From the NCBI GenBank assembly GCA_040954595.2, contig CM082591.2:9441309-9505308 (forward strand): a stretch of DNA of 64,000 bases, given 5' to 3'. Positions 11,911 to 25,499 of this stretch are shown in pieces. A program made the position numbers and the translations under genes. Position 1 is the first letter of the stretch; the number at the start of each line of letters is the position of its first letter. Under the pieces are notes generated by a model. It was not told the DNA's origin, did no database searches, and was given only the letters and a program-made list of their open reading frames with translations. The stretch is from Balanoglossus misakiensis (Eukaryota; Animalia; Hemichordata).

Positions 11911-14900
11911 ATATTGTATGAGTGTAGACTATGCGTGCGTGTGAGTGTACCTATGCAACGTGCACACTGATGACTATTAAAATTGTGTGTCAGATTTCCT
12001 AATGTGCACATCACGTCGGATTTGCTTGGTACAAAATGTACTCAGTTTTAAAGTCCCAATAGGTGCCAATTTTGATTCATTTTCATGATTTTAGTTTTGA
12101 ACTTAATATGATACAATTAAGTGAGTTAACCGGTGGGTGTAAACAAACAACGTATCAGCCTCCGATTATGGCTGTGCATTAAAATATGAATAAGTTAAAT
12201 AATACACGAGTGTAACACACGTTTATTAAACTGCCCAACTATACAGCTATAGTCATATGTACACATGGGTATTAAAATCACCAAAAGTCAAAATAGTGCA
12301 ATTTGTCGACAACGGATAAGGATTAAAATGAAGTATTTTATGAAATACAAATATGGAAAAAGTGGAAGCTATATAGTTGTCAGGGGAATTCATAATGCCA
12401 AGTGCTTGGTTATAGGTTGGCATCGCTCTGTTTAGTGGTGTCATCACGTGACATGTCGTACAAACCATATGTAGATGTGTCTAGATCTCTTTCAAATACC
12501 CCTTTCATTTATTTACATAAATGACGTCCCATCTCGATTGGTAGTTCTGACACGTCATCGAGATACCTTACTCTGCATCAATAGGAATAAAAGAATACAT
12601 TTGAACAATTACTGAGAGGAAATAGCAAGGTAGAGATAAATACGATTAAATAATTATAAACCGGTCCGAAACATATGGCAGGGATAGATGTAATTGGAAA
12701 AGTAATGAAAAAAGAAGAATATGATTTTGCTGCGCTTTGTGAAAACACCTTTACAAATTGAAACCAATTTAAAGAATCATTGGGGAAAAATTTACGATAG
12801 ATGAATCGAAGCATGTGAAATAATTTGATGATAAATGTCACGGAACACTGCGACATATGTAACAATGAAAGCAAAGTATTACAATGTAGAACTGCATTTC
12901 GATCACGTCAATGCTCAAAGGCGCAATATTCCAACTTTAAGTAGCTATGGAAACATGACCTAACCTCCTAATCCGATAAATTATACCCGTGAAAAGAACT
13001 GTCATAAGGACATAGCTTGCCATTTGAATGGTGCGGTCCTGATCGACCGTTTGAATTTGGAATTGCTACAGAGAGACATCGGGCCACATACCAAGAAAGT
13101 AAGTGTTTTTATAATGGTTGATCTCATTGCTTTATTAATTCGCAAGGTTTATTTTGTTCATCTGGCAACAATACCTTCAATTTACATTGTGACTTTTACT
13201 TCTATAGGCTGGATTTTTTTCTGTAGATTTTAATTTGTATCTATCAAAATGTCAAACAAAGTATTCTGGGAATAATCAAATGGAGACTAACTCTTATATA
13301 AATAATAATACATATTGGAAAATTTACTAGTTCAAAACTCACAGAAAACATGCCAGCTGCAAACGACATTTCTACAATATATCGAGAAATTGATCTGGAA
13401 AGAAACTATAATTAACTCTTATGACGTCGTTTAGATAATTTTCGATACTGTTAATTTTTATAGAAGTAGAGGGATTCGGAATGATGTTTTATTATTTAAT
13501 GGCGATGTTTTAGAAAAAAAAGAATATATTTTATTTCTTTTTAGAAAAATAGCACGAGGAAAAAGTTAGTGAGAACTTTGGTTGATTGGCTGGATTGATT
13601 TAGCCTAGACAAGTTTAGTTCTGTGTGACAGTGGATGTTACAATTTGATCTTGCCGAATACTTTCAGAGGTCTGTAAGATCGGTCTAATCTGTAATTTCA
13701 TATCAAAGTAACTAGAAACGTTCATAAATAAGTTGAGGTCAGCCCTATGATATTATTTATTAAACTTATGATGAGAACACGCTTACATGCGAGTGAGTGT
13801 TAATGTTCATATTAAGGACAAGGCAGTTTGTAAGTGACGTATACCATGTATGTAATATGACCAAACTGAGTAAGCAAAGTTGAAAGTTAAAGACATTTAG
13901 TTTCTGCAACACTTTTTTTCACCCACAAAAATTTAACTTGATAAGATATTTCAGATTTCTACCTGATTTTTACATCTGGTTGTTCGGCAGTGCGCTGGCA
14001 TGTGACTAGTGAAAGTTTTTCTCTCACATGTAGTTTCAGGACTCACTCCTTAAAGGGGCTAAGTCGCTATTTCTTGACATTATTAAGATTATGTTTAGCT
14101 TCTTCTGATAGATTATTTTTGTTATTCGGTTTTAAAATGTGAATTGTATTATATCATGCTATTCTACCGCCCGCCAGTGTGATTGGCGATGATAAAATAT
14201 TCAATATAACACTGATAACTTTTTTCTGTTTCGTTGAGAAAATGACACTGATATGCCACGAAATTGTTTTTTTATATGATATATTCGCATTTTTCTATAT
14301 AATATAATTGCAATAACTTCCGCCAAAGTCGGGTTTACATTCGATTTGTACCCAACTACCAGGGCCCACCTGCGGTAGGTGTAATTGCTTAAACCCCGGC
14401 GCGGTAAACCATAGGAAAAATAACGTGTGTTTTAATGTACGGTAGTTTATGTGGGAGTGATCGGGAGTGGTCGTCGTGCATAATGACTGTAAGTAACGAT
14501 CGGAATCATTAGTAGTTTATCTGCGTAATCTGTTTGCCCATTGGGCTAATCATTGTGCTGGCATATTCTCTCAGCCCAGTCTTCGAACTTGAACTCAAAT
14601 AGTTTTAGCGACGAAACTGTGATCAGCTGGGTCATCTAACACAATCAATGCACATGTCGACATTGTTCTGACTTTGACAAACAATCAATAAAATATGTAT
14701 TGTGCTGAATAAGCTTACAAGTACGACAACCTTCCCAGTGACAGACTAAAGTTTCAAGTAAAAATTATGTAAGTACGAAGTAAACATTTCTATACATTTA
14801 AATTCGTCGTCGCATACAATTGTTCTATTTAGCAATGCGCTCTGTGTGGGTCGGTAAGGTAACAAAGTTACGCAAATCGGTCCCTATCACAGTTGCACTC

Positions 14901-16215
14901 GATCACCGCCTAGCTTATTGTGACATACTCCCCAACCAGGTCGACTGACATTTCCTGAATTCTAAAACATGGGCCACTTTTCAAAATGTTAAAAAATATA
15001 CCAATGTGAAATTATTGAACGACTTGGTTATAACGTATTCAGTTTGGGGGGGGGGGGGTCAGGCGAACTTGGCAATGTTTTTGGTATGATTGAGTTCGCT
15101 TTTCCGACTGCTGTTTTCTAGTATCACACAGCCTAAATACGTGCAATCACGGATTGTCTGAGGGATCTTGATTCTTGCCTCAGAGAAATAACAAATATTT
15201 CACACTTTGTCTGCCTTAGAGGAATAAAAATGTTTCACACTTTGACAATTTACTGTGGTTTTGGTGCATTTTGATTTTGCCATAACTCTCCCATGGTCGT
15301 TCCATGCTCTACTGTGAGAAGCAAACTAAACCAGACCAGATTTCGGTTCAGCTGCGATGCCAAGAAGATCTCTAGAGATGCTAAATTACACTGTTACCCT
15401 GGTGCCGTGCAACATAGTCTTTCTCTGCTCTGTATGATTGTGGCAAAGTTTCGTCATTAGATATAACTAAGACCTCTCTAAAAATACACAATTTATTTAT
15501 AGTGTAATTGATCTCTTGTACTTTGCAAACGTTTGAACACTTTACGCCACTGCGTGTCTCTGAAAGATTGGCATGTGTTCGAATCGCTTAAGCATTGTTT
15601 CCCAGGGACATGATCTGTTGTTTTGAAAACCGATGAAACCAGATTTCCGTGAAAATCTTCCTTGTTTCGAAAGTTCGTGTACTGTTTAGTCGATAACTTT
15701 ATGTTGTATGTGTTTATAAAACCAGATATTGTCGTGTTGTAGCGGGCGTAATACGTTTTACCTGGGACCTGTTTGGGCCGATTTTCACAGAGCCTAGATT
15801 GATTGTGTTGTTTGATGTCAGTCAAACGGCATTAAAAATCATTTACTTAGTCTGGCAAAGTGTTGGAAATCGAAAGTTTGGTTTGCTGCGGTGGGAATAT
15901 GACATGATTTTTGACACATTCGCAAGAAGTCTCTTAATCAAGCAAGCAAGCAAGCAAACAAACAAGCAAGCAAACACAAACAAACGAAAAACAAACACAC
16001 GAACATACACATTTTTTATCAAAAGATAACATTCTTCTAAACGAATTGGAATAATAATCAAGTCGGTCGATTTATCAATTTAAGTCACCTATTTAATTTA
16101 ATATTTGTTGACTACCGTTCTTAAAAAGAACCTTCAATGAAATATTGTGTGACCCAAGCCGTGATCATGTACACCTGAACTGACGCAAAGCTATTGTTGT
16201 AATGTTTCAGGAAAC

Positions 16216-19200
16216 ATGTCGGTTGAAATCAAGATCATACTCGTCGTCTCTGGCTTAGTGATGTGTTTTCATGGTAACAAGGTCAGTTTTAAAGGGGCAC
16301 TAGCTGTGTCTCTTGGCTTTATTTCCATTTTTTCGTTCTTTGTATCAAATGCAATTTCTTGCTCTGCTCCAAACAGCGTGCTATTAAATATACCCAGTGC
16401 TCCACTTGTCAACATAGCCTGTATGTGTGTAAGGCTGCATTCACAAACACCTCTGGAGGGGGGGGGGGGGGGCTTGAGAATTAAATGTTTTTGGCCGTTA
16501 ATTTTCACTTGCCCCCCGTACACAACCCAAAATAGTTTAAATCCCCCCTTCCGAACTGCTAAAATTTTGGAATCCCCCCCCATTTTCTTTCACACAGCAA
16601 AACACATCACCAATCTATCTTGTAAAAAAGAAAAACATGGCGCTCCCATGAAAAGAATTTGAAACTGATGTTTTCCCTCATCAGTGAGCATTAAAACTGA
16701 ACATTTTAAAAGTATTTGTATTCTGTGTTGGCAGACATTGTAAGTGAAGGGGGTTGGTTTGGGAGGGGGTGTCCCCCTCCCACGTAAGAAAATTCAATAA
16801 AATACAGAGCTCAAAACTGCATTTTAATGAACCCAAAAGCAAATTAACTCAACTACCGGTATGTTGGGGAGGACAAATTTAACCTTCGCCGCTCAAAGTT
16901 AGCGTGGAGAGGGGGGGGGGGGGGCAAGTCCCCTGACCTGGGACGGTAGACAAACCAGTCAATGAATGAAAGGTGTTTATTAATGCATTAAGATGTTTAT
17001 TAATGCATTAAGATGGGTTCAAAACTGCATTTTTGTGGACTCAAAATAAATATTTAGTCCTTTAGTCCCTAAATTATTTCAAATCCCCCCTTACATACCC
17101 TCAATTTTTTCAAATCCTCCCCCTCAATTCTCCCGCCCCCCCCCCTCCAGTGGTATTTGTGAATGCAGCCTAACTGCCATTGTTTTGATGACAATTCAAA
17201 TGAATACTAGTCCGGACTTGAATTCAAATTTGGCACTGCCAATAAAATGCTGACTATACACAGCCCTGTTGTGTTGATGAGCTAAATGCTGGACATTTCA
17301 TAATGCTTCAGGGATTTGAACAAGAAACTACAGTAGATACACACAAAAAACATACTGCAAACATAGCAAACAGTTACAGCTAATTGAGCTTTAATATCAA
17401 ACACTTCTTGTTTTACAACGTGACAATTCACAGGATACCCGCGTCCGCGTTTTACTGCATAATTACAATTTGCAAATGTTGTATATATTGAACTCGAAAG
17501 AACAGCAGAGCAAAGCGACCAATTCAAATCGGTTTCCGACAATAATAGCTGGCGTTTTTGACATTTCCTGAACACTCAAGTGTTTTAAGACACTGGTAAG
17601 GTATTTTAGAATGTACTAATGTTTGATCCATCTAATGTGAGAATAACACACCTATAAACAAATATTCAAATGATCGGTTTGCTTTGGAGGATTAATATAA
17701 AGAATTCATTGATTGAAAACTAGAACGTGACAAACGTCACATTCCTAATCTTCGAGCAAAGTATTATTTTGAAACATACTCCTAAATCAGGCCATGTAAG
17801 TACATGTACAGCTGTTACGTAAGAGTTTTCACAGATGTCTCTTGTTAACGCCCCAATATCCGGATTTTGGATTATTTCTTTTAAAAAACTTTCTGATGGG
17901 TATACACAAATATACATGTATTTTCAACTTCTGATTGTGGCTGTACATTTAAGTATGAACGAGTCAAATATTAAACGGGTGCCTCGCCCATTTATTCAAC
18001 TGCCCGATTCAGGAGGACACAGCAATCCTGGTATGTGCACATGCGTTTTAAACACCACACAGGCTAAGAATAAGGAGAAGATTGAAGTATTTTATTGGTT
18101 AAAAATAAGCTAAAAGTGGCGGGTACTGAGGCTTTTAACCATCCTGCAAAGCAAACTGCTCATTGGGTTGTCTGCCCTGGGTGTGAAATTCGAGATGTGA
18201 CATGTAGGTTACCGGTACATCTTGTGGAGTAATAACGGGTTAACAGCACTCAAATATCAAACGAACGCTTATATCTGTTGTTACCATCGATTCTTAGGCG
18301 GGCGGTTTAAAAATAAAAGCAGACAGAAGTATTTCAATAGAGAAAAGAAACACAGCAGGTGAGACACTTTAACTCGCATATGGTAAAACTAAATGTATAT
18401 GCCTGTGCTAAATTTTTGTACCGAGTGAATTCAGATGGGACTCCATTCTACACCACTTACTTCTTGGCAACAGAATTTCAATGATTCGAACTAAACACCT
18501 AGTATTCCATGTGATAATTTCTTAACGTTATTGTTTCTGAGAATATGATTGAAAGAAATTGCTTAGATCCATTTTACTCATATGCCAAATATAATAACCT
18601 CCAATTTGCTTTGAATTTACCATGTGTGTGTATTATACGTCAGGAATACCGAGATATGGTAGCACATGTTGCATTGATTGAAACATGGGTTTTGGTGTAT
18701 GTCATCCATATAACTGCTTAAGTTATTTGCGTTAGGCAGAAAACAGTGGGACGTCGACAGTTTTCTTATGAGAGCATTGTATTTTCTTTCCTTTTTTGGA
18801 AGACCCGGTATTGTGTGAATGTGTGGAGTTCAGCTTTCATCATAGCCGTGAAACGTGGGATAATGCCCAGTCAGAATGTGAGAAAAATGATGGTGGTACT
18901 TTAGCTATTGTCAATGACCAGCAAACCCATGACAGTCTGATACAGTATATTGCTGATAGTGGCTTTAACGGCTTGATAGAAGGAAATGGGTATTGGATCG
19001 GTTTACAATTAAACGAAGTAGATGAGACATACCAATGGGTTAATGGCGATACGCTTATCAGGGGATGTGATTTTGAAGCTTGGGCACCTAAAGAGCCGAA
19101 CAAGAACGTCAATAATGGAGGAATCACTCAGTCCAAAATTCAGATGTGGTATGTATGTATGTATGTATGTATGTATGTATGTATGTATGTATGTATGTAT

Positions 19201-22200
19201 GTATGTATGTATGTATGTATGTATGTATGTATGTGTGTATGTGTGTATGTGTATGTTTGTGTGTGTGTATGTGTGTATGTATGTGTGTGTGTATGTATGT
19301 ATATATGTATGTATGTATGTACGTATGTATGTACGTACGTATGTATGTATGCATGTATGTATGTATGTATGTGTGTATGTGTATGTGTGTGTGTATTTGT
19401 GTGTGTGTATGTGTGTGTATGTATGTATGTATGTATGTATGTATGTATGTATGTATGTATGTATGTATGTATGTATGACAGTATGTATGTATGTATGTAT
19501 GTGTGTATGTATGTATGTATGTATGTATGTATGTATGTATGTTTGTGGATATACCACATCTCATTTCACATTTCTTTCCATTTAAATATATTTGTATTCA
19601 GGAAAAAGAAATCATTTATGTGGGATGATGACTACCCATACAAGAGGAAGTCCTTCATTTGCCAAAATTTTGGTAAGTATATTGACCGCTGTTAGCAAAT
19701 TTTTTTAAATCTTAAATGTCTATAATAAAATGTTTCTCTTGCCACAATGTCTGTGTTAATGTTTACAGATTATTTTAAATACTTCTGTATTACAGCACTG
19801 TTTAGCAGGAATTGACGATAAACTGTTTTGATTTGTCAGATTTACAATTCTCAAAAGCATTGTAGACTTAATCACAGGATACATACGCTGGCCCCAAAAT
19901 AATTATGATAGTTGTTTTACATCATGGCTGATGTCCAAAAACTATCATGTTTTACCACAATGTCTGAAGACACCAGTGTTGCACTAATTAACTTAAATTG
20001 CTATGCAATTCTCCCTACCTTAAATAGGATTTTTTACCTAGGTGAATGATGAAAATCTCACATGGTTGACACAATTTCAAAATGGCCGGTTTTTGTCAAG
20101 TTTAAAAGCACATAAACTGCAACTTTTAAGATATTTATCATCATTTATTTTTTCAAACTGTACTACCATTAGCCCATGCAGATGTATGTATGTATGTAGG
20201 CACTGAACTATATACAAGTAATATAAACCCTAAATATTACATTTTCATATTTTTTCATTGCAATATTGCGCTTTTTAAAAAATTGCATCGATTTTCTTTA
20301 ATTTTTGGCCATTTTGTTATAAATTAAAGCTGCAAGCAGCATTGGAGGGGCCCAAGCATAGAGTTAATAACCATTAGACTCCATTCAGGGTTGTACCATT
20401 CAAATGCGTAGGCTGTATTTGCTCTGGATGTGGAGATATGGGGAAATAGGCAACCACCCGAAATGGAAGTCTTACAAGTACAAACACACAACCAAAGGTG
20501 AACTTCTACGTTGTAAGTACTTCAGTAAGTATACTTCAAAGGTCAGCTGAGGGTACCCAAAAATTGGGCCAAAAATTAGGATTTTTATTTAGTTCATATT
20601 CAAGACAACGGAAAATCCTCGCTGTTTGGGGTTGTAAAATTAGATATGGCCATAATAATGAGTTACGCAAGTAAGTTACAGGTGGCCCCAGGAATTTAGC
20701 ATTTCATGACGCAGAGGGTCCTACCCTACCCCTCCAAACACCTGGCTATATATGATGTGCGTGCTAACATATGGAAAGCAGGTCAATGGACACCTGAGGT
20801 CACCCAAAAATATGACAAAACATTTTCATTCCTGTTTATGTCATGTGCAACAAATCCTACATTTGCAGCCCTTTCACTTTGGCTACCATTAGTTATGCAC
20901 GTAATACATGAATCAAGCAGGTGTCGCAGGTATCCCTCTGTATTTGGCATTTCATGATAGTTTCATCCCTCCAAATACCAAAGCTGCACCTGTACAACGG
21001 GCTGAGATGTGGCACTGTACGACAGAGGTCATCCAAATCAACTTATACATTTGGGCAAAAACAAACTGACACTTACATTCGTCCCTGTGGAACAAAAACC
21101 ACACCTATTGCCCTGTTGGTTAGTGTCCAATTAAATGTACAAAATCAATGACTTAGGCAGGCTTTGGTATATCATTATGGACCCATCCGTATATGCCCCC
21201 CCCCCCCCCCCCCACACGCCAAAGCTGCATGCATCTGCTGTGGATGCTCACTAAGCAAAAGTAGGTGAAATGTCACATTAGATTGCCCATAACTTGACAG
21301 GAAAATCGGACTTCATATTGATCCATGTGCAACAAATACCACACTAGCATCCCTTTCATTGACCCCACGATTACGCATGCACATAATTGAGTTACGCAGG
21401 TGTCACAGGTGATCCCCGAATCGGGCGTATTATTTTGGTCCCATACAGCTGCATGAAGCTGCGTGCCATTATGGGCGACCTGATAACCCCCACGGCCACC
21501 TGCGGGCCAACCCCCATATTGAACGTTCAGTTGCAACGTCACGACTGAAGTAGGAACTGTTGAACGGCAACAAAGCCTGATCTCTGATTATTGCTGGTAC
21601 CATACTCCCTTCGTGCAAGAAAATAACTGGTCTGCTGACGTATTTCGGCCACATTAGCGACTGAGGGTAAAAGTCCGCTGCCGCATTACATTGAATGTTA
21701 ACCAGTGTAGCCGGGTCTGGATAGAAACATTTGAACGGCAACAGCTAACAAACTCAGTGTAATTCAATAAAACGCCCTAACACAGCCTGAACTCCGATAA
21801 TGTGTTGTCCCAAAATTCATTCCATGGAAAATAATCACTGGTCTGTTTACGTATTTCAGCCGATTTTCCAAGGACTACTGCAACCCGCCAGAAGTGAGTA
21901 GCCTGCTAATGAGATCTCCACAACATTACGTAATGGCGGTCAAAGTCCGATGCCCCAGTGTCCGTCCTCAGCCCACCAAAAAATGCGAAAAAATATTACA
22001 AAAATCTTCTTCTCAAAATCGACGTGACCTAGGACCTTGCAATTTGGCACAGGGGATTTTGGCCACATGGTCTACAAAAATCGCGAAAAGAATGTACATG
22101 CCCCCATTAACGTGCAAATTAGGTCAATTTGAAAATTTCGCTCGATTATAGCTACAAAGTCACGTGACAAATTACAAATTCAAAGGGCAGGTGCACCAGT

Positions 22201-25200
22201 ACTCATGGGCCCCAACCACCTTGCCAAATTTGGTAGGCGCAGCTGCCGGAATTTCAGAGAAAAACGGGCGCAAAAAAACGACTCAAGACGATGGAAGAAA
22301 AACTCCAGCAATAACAGAAGTTTAATAGTCATAATTAAAAGCATATATGGGATTATTTAAAACTTATTTTTCCTCCAGTTGCAGCTCATGTGCCTTTAAG
22401 TAATTGAAGTTCATAAGCTTAAGTGATACTCGGTCATTCTGAAACTTTGTAACAGAAAAAATAACTGTGAAATTATTTTAAAATAAGTTGATTGAGTTTA
22501 ATATGCTATCTACAAAGGCGGATATTTTTTATCAAATGTACATATCAATTCTTCAAGGTCTTACTAGAGTGAGTTGTCAAGGTTTTAAACATTATTATAA
22601 TGTGATTTGACTCCCTAGTATGAAGTAAAAACCTATTTGCGCCAAGGGGTCACGTTGACAAACCAATGTAGTAAGAGATAGAAGAAATGATATGTTTACT
22701 GTATTTCATGATTTTCTTTGGTCATACATGTCTGTCTCTGTAGTTAGCATATAAAACTCATTAAACTTTCTTCACATTTTGTTATTTTTTCTGTTACAAA
22801 GTTTCAGAATGATCCATCATCACTTTAGCTTATGAACTCCCATTTCTTAAAGCTGCACAGTTGATGATAATGACAATTTACTTTGGTAGCATAAAACTCT
22901 TAACTTTTGTTTGTATAATACTTTACTTGCCGAAATAAAATAACGAGTGATTTGGTCAGTTGCCATGGTTCAGAATGTAAAAAAATAATACAAATAAATT
23001 TTATGGGTATGTACCCATATATTTTTATAAACACACAAAAATAAACATACAATGTGACGTCACTTGTGCACTTGCGCAGTAAATTTTTAGATGATAAGTT
23101 CATGAAACTGAATACCGCACTTTGTTTATTTTGCAACAAATTAACCGTTTCAAACGTGCGTAATCCCACTGTGAGATTGTCTGTAGTTTACTCTGAACCT
23201 TGTATGAGGATGTTTTGCACTGACAACTAAGGAAACTTCCTAATGCTGAAGAACAATATATCGAGTATTTAAAACGACAAACTCCTTCGATTTCATACGA
23301 AGTAATTCAACAAAAATTGGCGGAATTTTCGCAAGCAGACGTGTCTATACCCACCGTCTGTCGAACCATCAGAAATCGTTTGTCCGACAAAACGTGGACT
23401 TGGAAAAAAATGGCGTGTTGCAAACGACGAGAGTTGTTTAGCGTGTCGAATGCTGCTCTACGAAGCTCGTAGTTACCTTCTGACCGGGACATTTACGCTT
23501 GAACGGACTGGGTTCCCACCACTTCAGGTTGGTATATTCCTCTGAAGCAGAGACGTGAATTGCTAGTTCCGCGGGTTGCAGTGTATCCCGTCTGTTGAAC
23601 TTTCTTTTAGAGAATCGACGTATTGCGAAGAGAGACGATTGAGATGAGAATTAGCGGTGTAGGATATAGAGACGACGTACCAAACTGCCGTGTTGTATTC
23701 TGAATTTGTGTTGTTGAAATGAAATACAACGGAAGAGTTTGAACCGCATCGCTGTATGGACTGATAGTTTTGTGGCAAATTCGGGCGTGCGAGGCCGCCG
23801 CTAACCTTGCAGCGATCACCCGGCCGCTTGAGAACTTTCTCGACCTACGCATGAACTTGTTTGTGGCAGCAAAATATATGAACTCAGCGTGACAGGTTAC
23901 ATTGTTTGAAAAATAACGTCGGCGCGTCATCGCGCCAAGCGGATTTTTTTTTAAGATCTGGCTTTTTCAACGTTTGTTTGGCGTTCATGATTAGTATAAA
24001 TCCATGTTCTTGTTCCGCTATTTCCATTCCGAAAACCCCAAAGTTTTAAACGTGTACACTTTGACTAGAAAAGGCCTCAGACACCTTCATATGCTGTCCG
24101 GCAACCGGGGTGGGATATCCGACCGCGGTGCAGCTCAAAGTGGCGTGGAGCTGGTCATGTTTGGAGCGGTGCTGCCGGCCGGTGGATCGACGTCTTAGCC
24201 TACACTTTATACCCGCCGGCGTGCGGCAATCGGCAAGAACCCATCGGAAGGAACGTCTCCAATTCACGCCAGATCGCGCCTGGTCTCGTGATTGTGACGT
24301 CACAGTTTCCGTGTAGTATCGGCGGTTCATGTAAACATGTTGTTTACCATCGGACTTTTTCTATGAAGCTTATATCGTTATATAAGTAAATTTGACCCGA
24401 GTCCATGGGTAGGGCAATTATTTGTATATCGGGTTTGTATATCGATGTTTATTTCACAAAATACAAATATACCCAAAATGGTATTTGCCATCAACTGTGC
24501 AGCTTTAAACATGGCAAAACTCAGCCATCTTTAAATTGTGTCGATCATATGAGATTTTCATTACTCACTAAAGTAGCTTAAAACCTTTCCATAGAGAGAA
24601 CTAAAAATGCTTCGAGTTAGTGGGTGTGGCTTGTGTAATTATGTTTAATTTGTATAATTAATGAAACAATACCAATGGCAATATCTCAAAAATGTATCAA
24701 CCAAATTTTTACATGATTTTTCAAATTCTTTAATATTACTATGATGTTACCCTGATTAAGTTTTGGGTGAGTGACATATAAATTATTTGGTCATTTATTT
24801 ATATATAACATGAGTTATTGTAACCTCATCATATCAGAAGAATAACTCCGCCAAATTTGACTTGTTATTTTACTATGCGGAGGGTTTTCTGATTGTGTCA
24901 TACACATTTCGACCTCACTTACATATTTAACAAATGTTGAAATTCAGGGTGCCACAAAATTTCAAATGGCTTTATATAGGAACTTTCATTATAAGAGTCT
25001 CTGGTTTGGCACATGCGCATAGGACAATCGTCGCCCTTTAAGGCTTAAAGGGACAAAGTCTCTCTCTCACTGGCCTTTTTCCATGATTTATGTTTGATAT
25101 AAGACACCATTGATGTTATTCTACCAGTACATGTAGATATATAGTGAATCATTGTTCGACCACACACAACTTCCATCCTTTTTGTAGGAGATGGGAGTAA

Positions 25201-25499
25201 AAATCCCACCAAAATGAATAAATAGTAAACACCGATTATTCATTTTGGTGAGTTTTTCACTCTCTTGTCTACAAGTTGGATGGAAGTTGTGTGTAGTCAA
25301 ATGTTGATTCACTATATATCCACATGTAGAATAACATAAACAGTGTCTTGTATCAAATACAATTAATGGGAAAAGGGCAGCGAGAGAGAGACTTTGTCCC
25401 TTAACTTTTTACACTAGAAAAGTGCTTTTAACGTTTATCTTTGTCATTCTTGTTGCAGTGTGTCCGATGGATGGGACCTGCCCCTCGTGTGTTCAGTGA
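16216..25499 (+). CDS. Secreted single-domain C-type lectin (EPN type) with a Cys-rich tail
   Basis: Exons 16216-16273 (signal peptide MSVEIKIILVVSGLVMCFH), 18013-18030 (tentative micro-exon), 18803-19148, 19602-19672, 25459-25499, with matching phases. CTLD motifs TWDNAQSEC, GGTLAIV, YWIGL, WAPKEPN, WDD, FIC. A possible non-coding exon ends at the GTAAGT donor at 13099. Confidence 0.8.
16293..17390. mobile_element. TTAA-flanked (Kolobok-like) MITE carrying a nested insertion
   Basis: TTAA|AGGGGCACTAGCTGT ... ACAGCTAATTGAGCT|TTAA. Relatives occur at about 47877-48200 and 50917-51060. Confidence 0.7.
16433..17170. mobile_element. Non-autonomous Harbinger/Tourist-type MITE
   Basis: TIRs GGCTGCATTCACAAACACCTCTGGAGGGG and CCCCTCCAGTGGTATTTGTGAATGCAGCC with TAA TSD. 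The empty site is visible in the related host copy near 48001-48018. Confidence 0.85.
19149..19543. repeat. (GTAT)n/(GT)n compound microsatellite filling a lectin intron
   Basis: Seen directly; it begins at the GTATGT splice donor. Confidence 0.97.
20323..22320 (-). mobile_element. Non-autonomous Helentron/HINE-like element, copy 1
   Basis: Terminal GCTGC-AA-GCAGC hairpin next to a GGGGCCCAAGC subterminal motif. The body is an inverted copy of 56628-60437. An uninterrupted host sequence is present at about 51070-51200. Confidence 0.65.
22851..24504. mobile_element. 1.65-kb non-autonomous TTAA-flanked (Kolobok-like) element
   Basis: Perfect 16-bp TIRs AGCTGCACAGTTGATG with TTAA on both sides. 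No transposase ORF. Confidence 0.85.
25049..25401. mobile_element. TTAA-type (Kolobok-like) MITE
   Basis: TIRs AGGGACAAAGTCTCTCTCTC and GAGAGAGAGACTTTGTCCCT, with further imperfect inverted identity inward. A partial copy lies at about 28860-28930. Confidence 0.8.

Noticed and set aside
16216-16662. 148-aa ORF as a complete protein
   Set aside because: Only the first 19 codons are exon; the rest reads through the donor into two MITEs.
17581-17595. Possible 15-nt lectin micro-exon (AG...GTAAG)
   Set aside because: It introduces a TAA stop in the required phase.
19009-19585. YVCM / HTYI repeat proteins in several frames
   Set aside because: Artefacts of the (GTAT)n microsatellite.
23900-24000. 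THAP-like AVPT motif (DDAPTLF) in the TTAA element
   Set aside because: No upstream C2CH or CxxHF residues in frame; likely chance.
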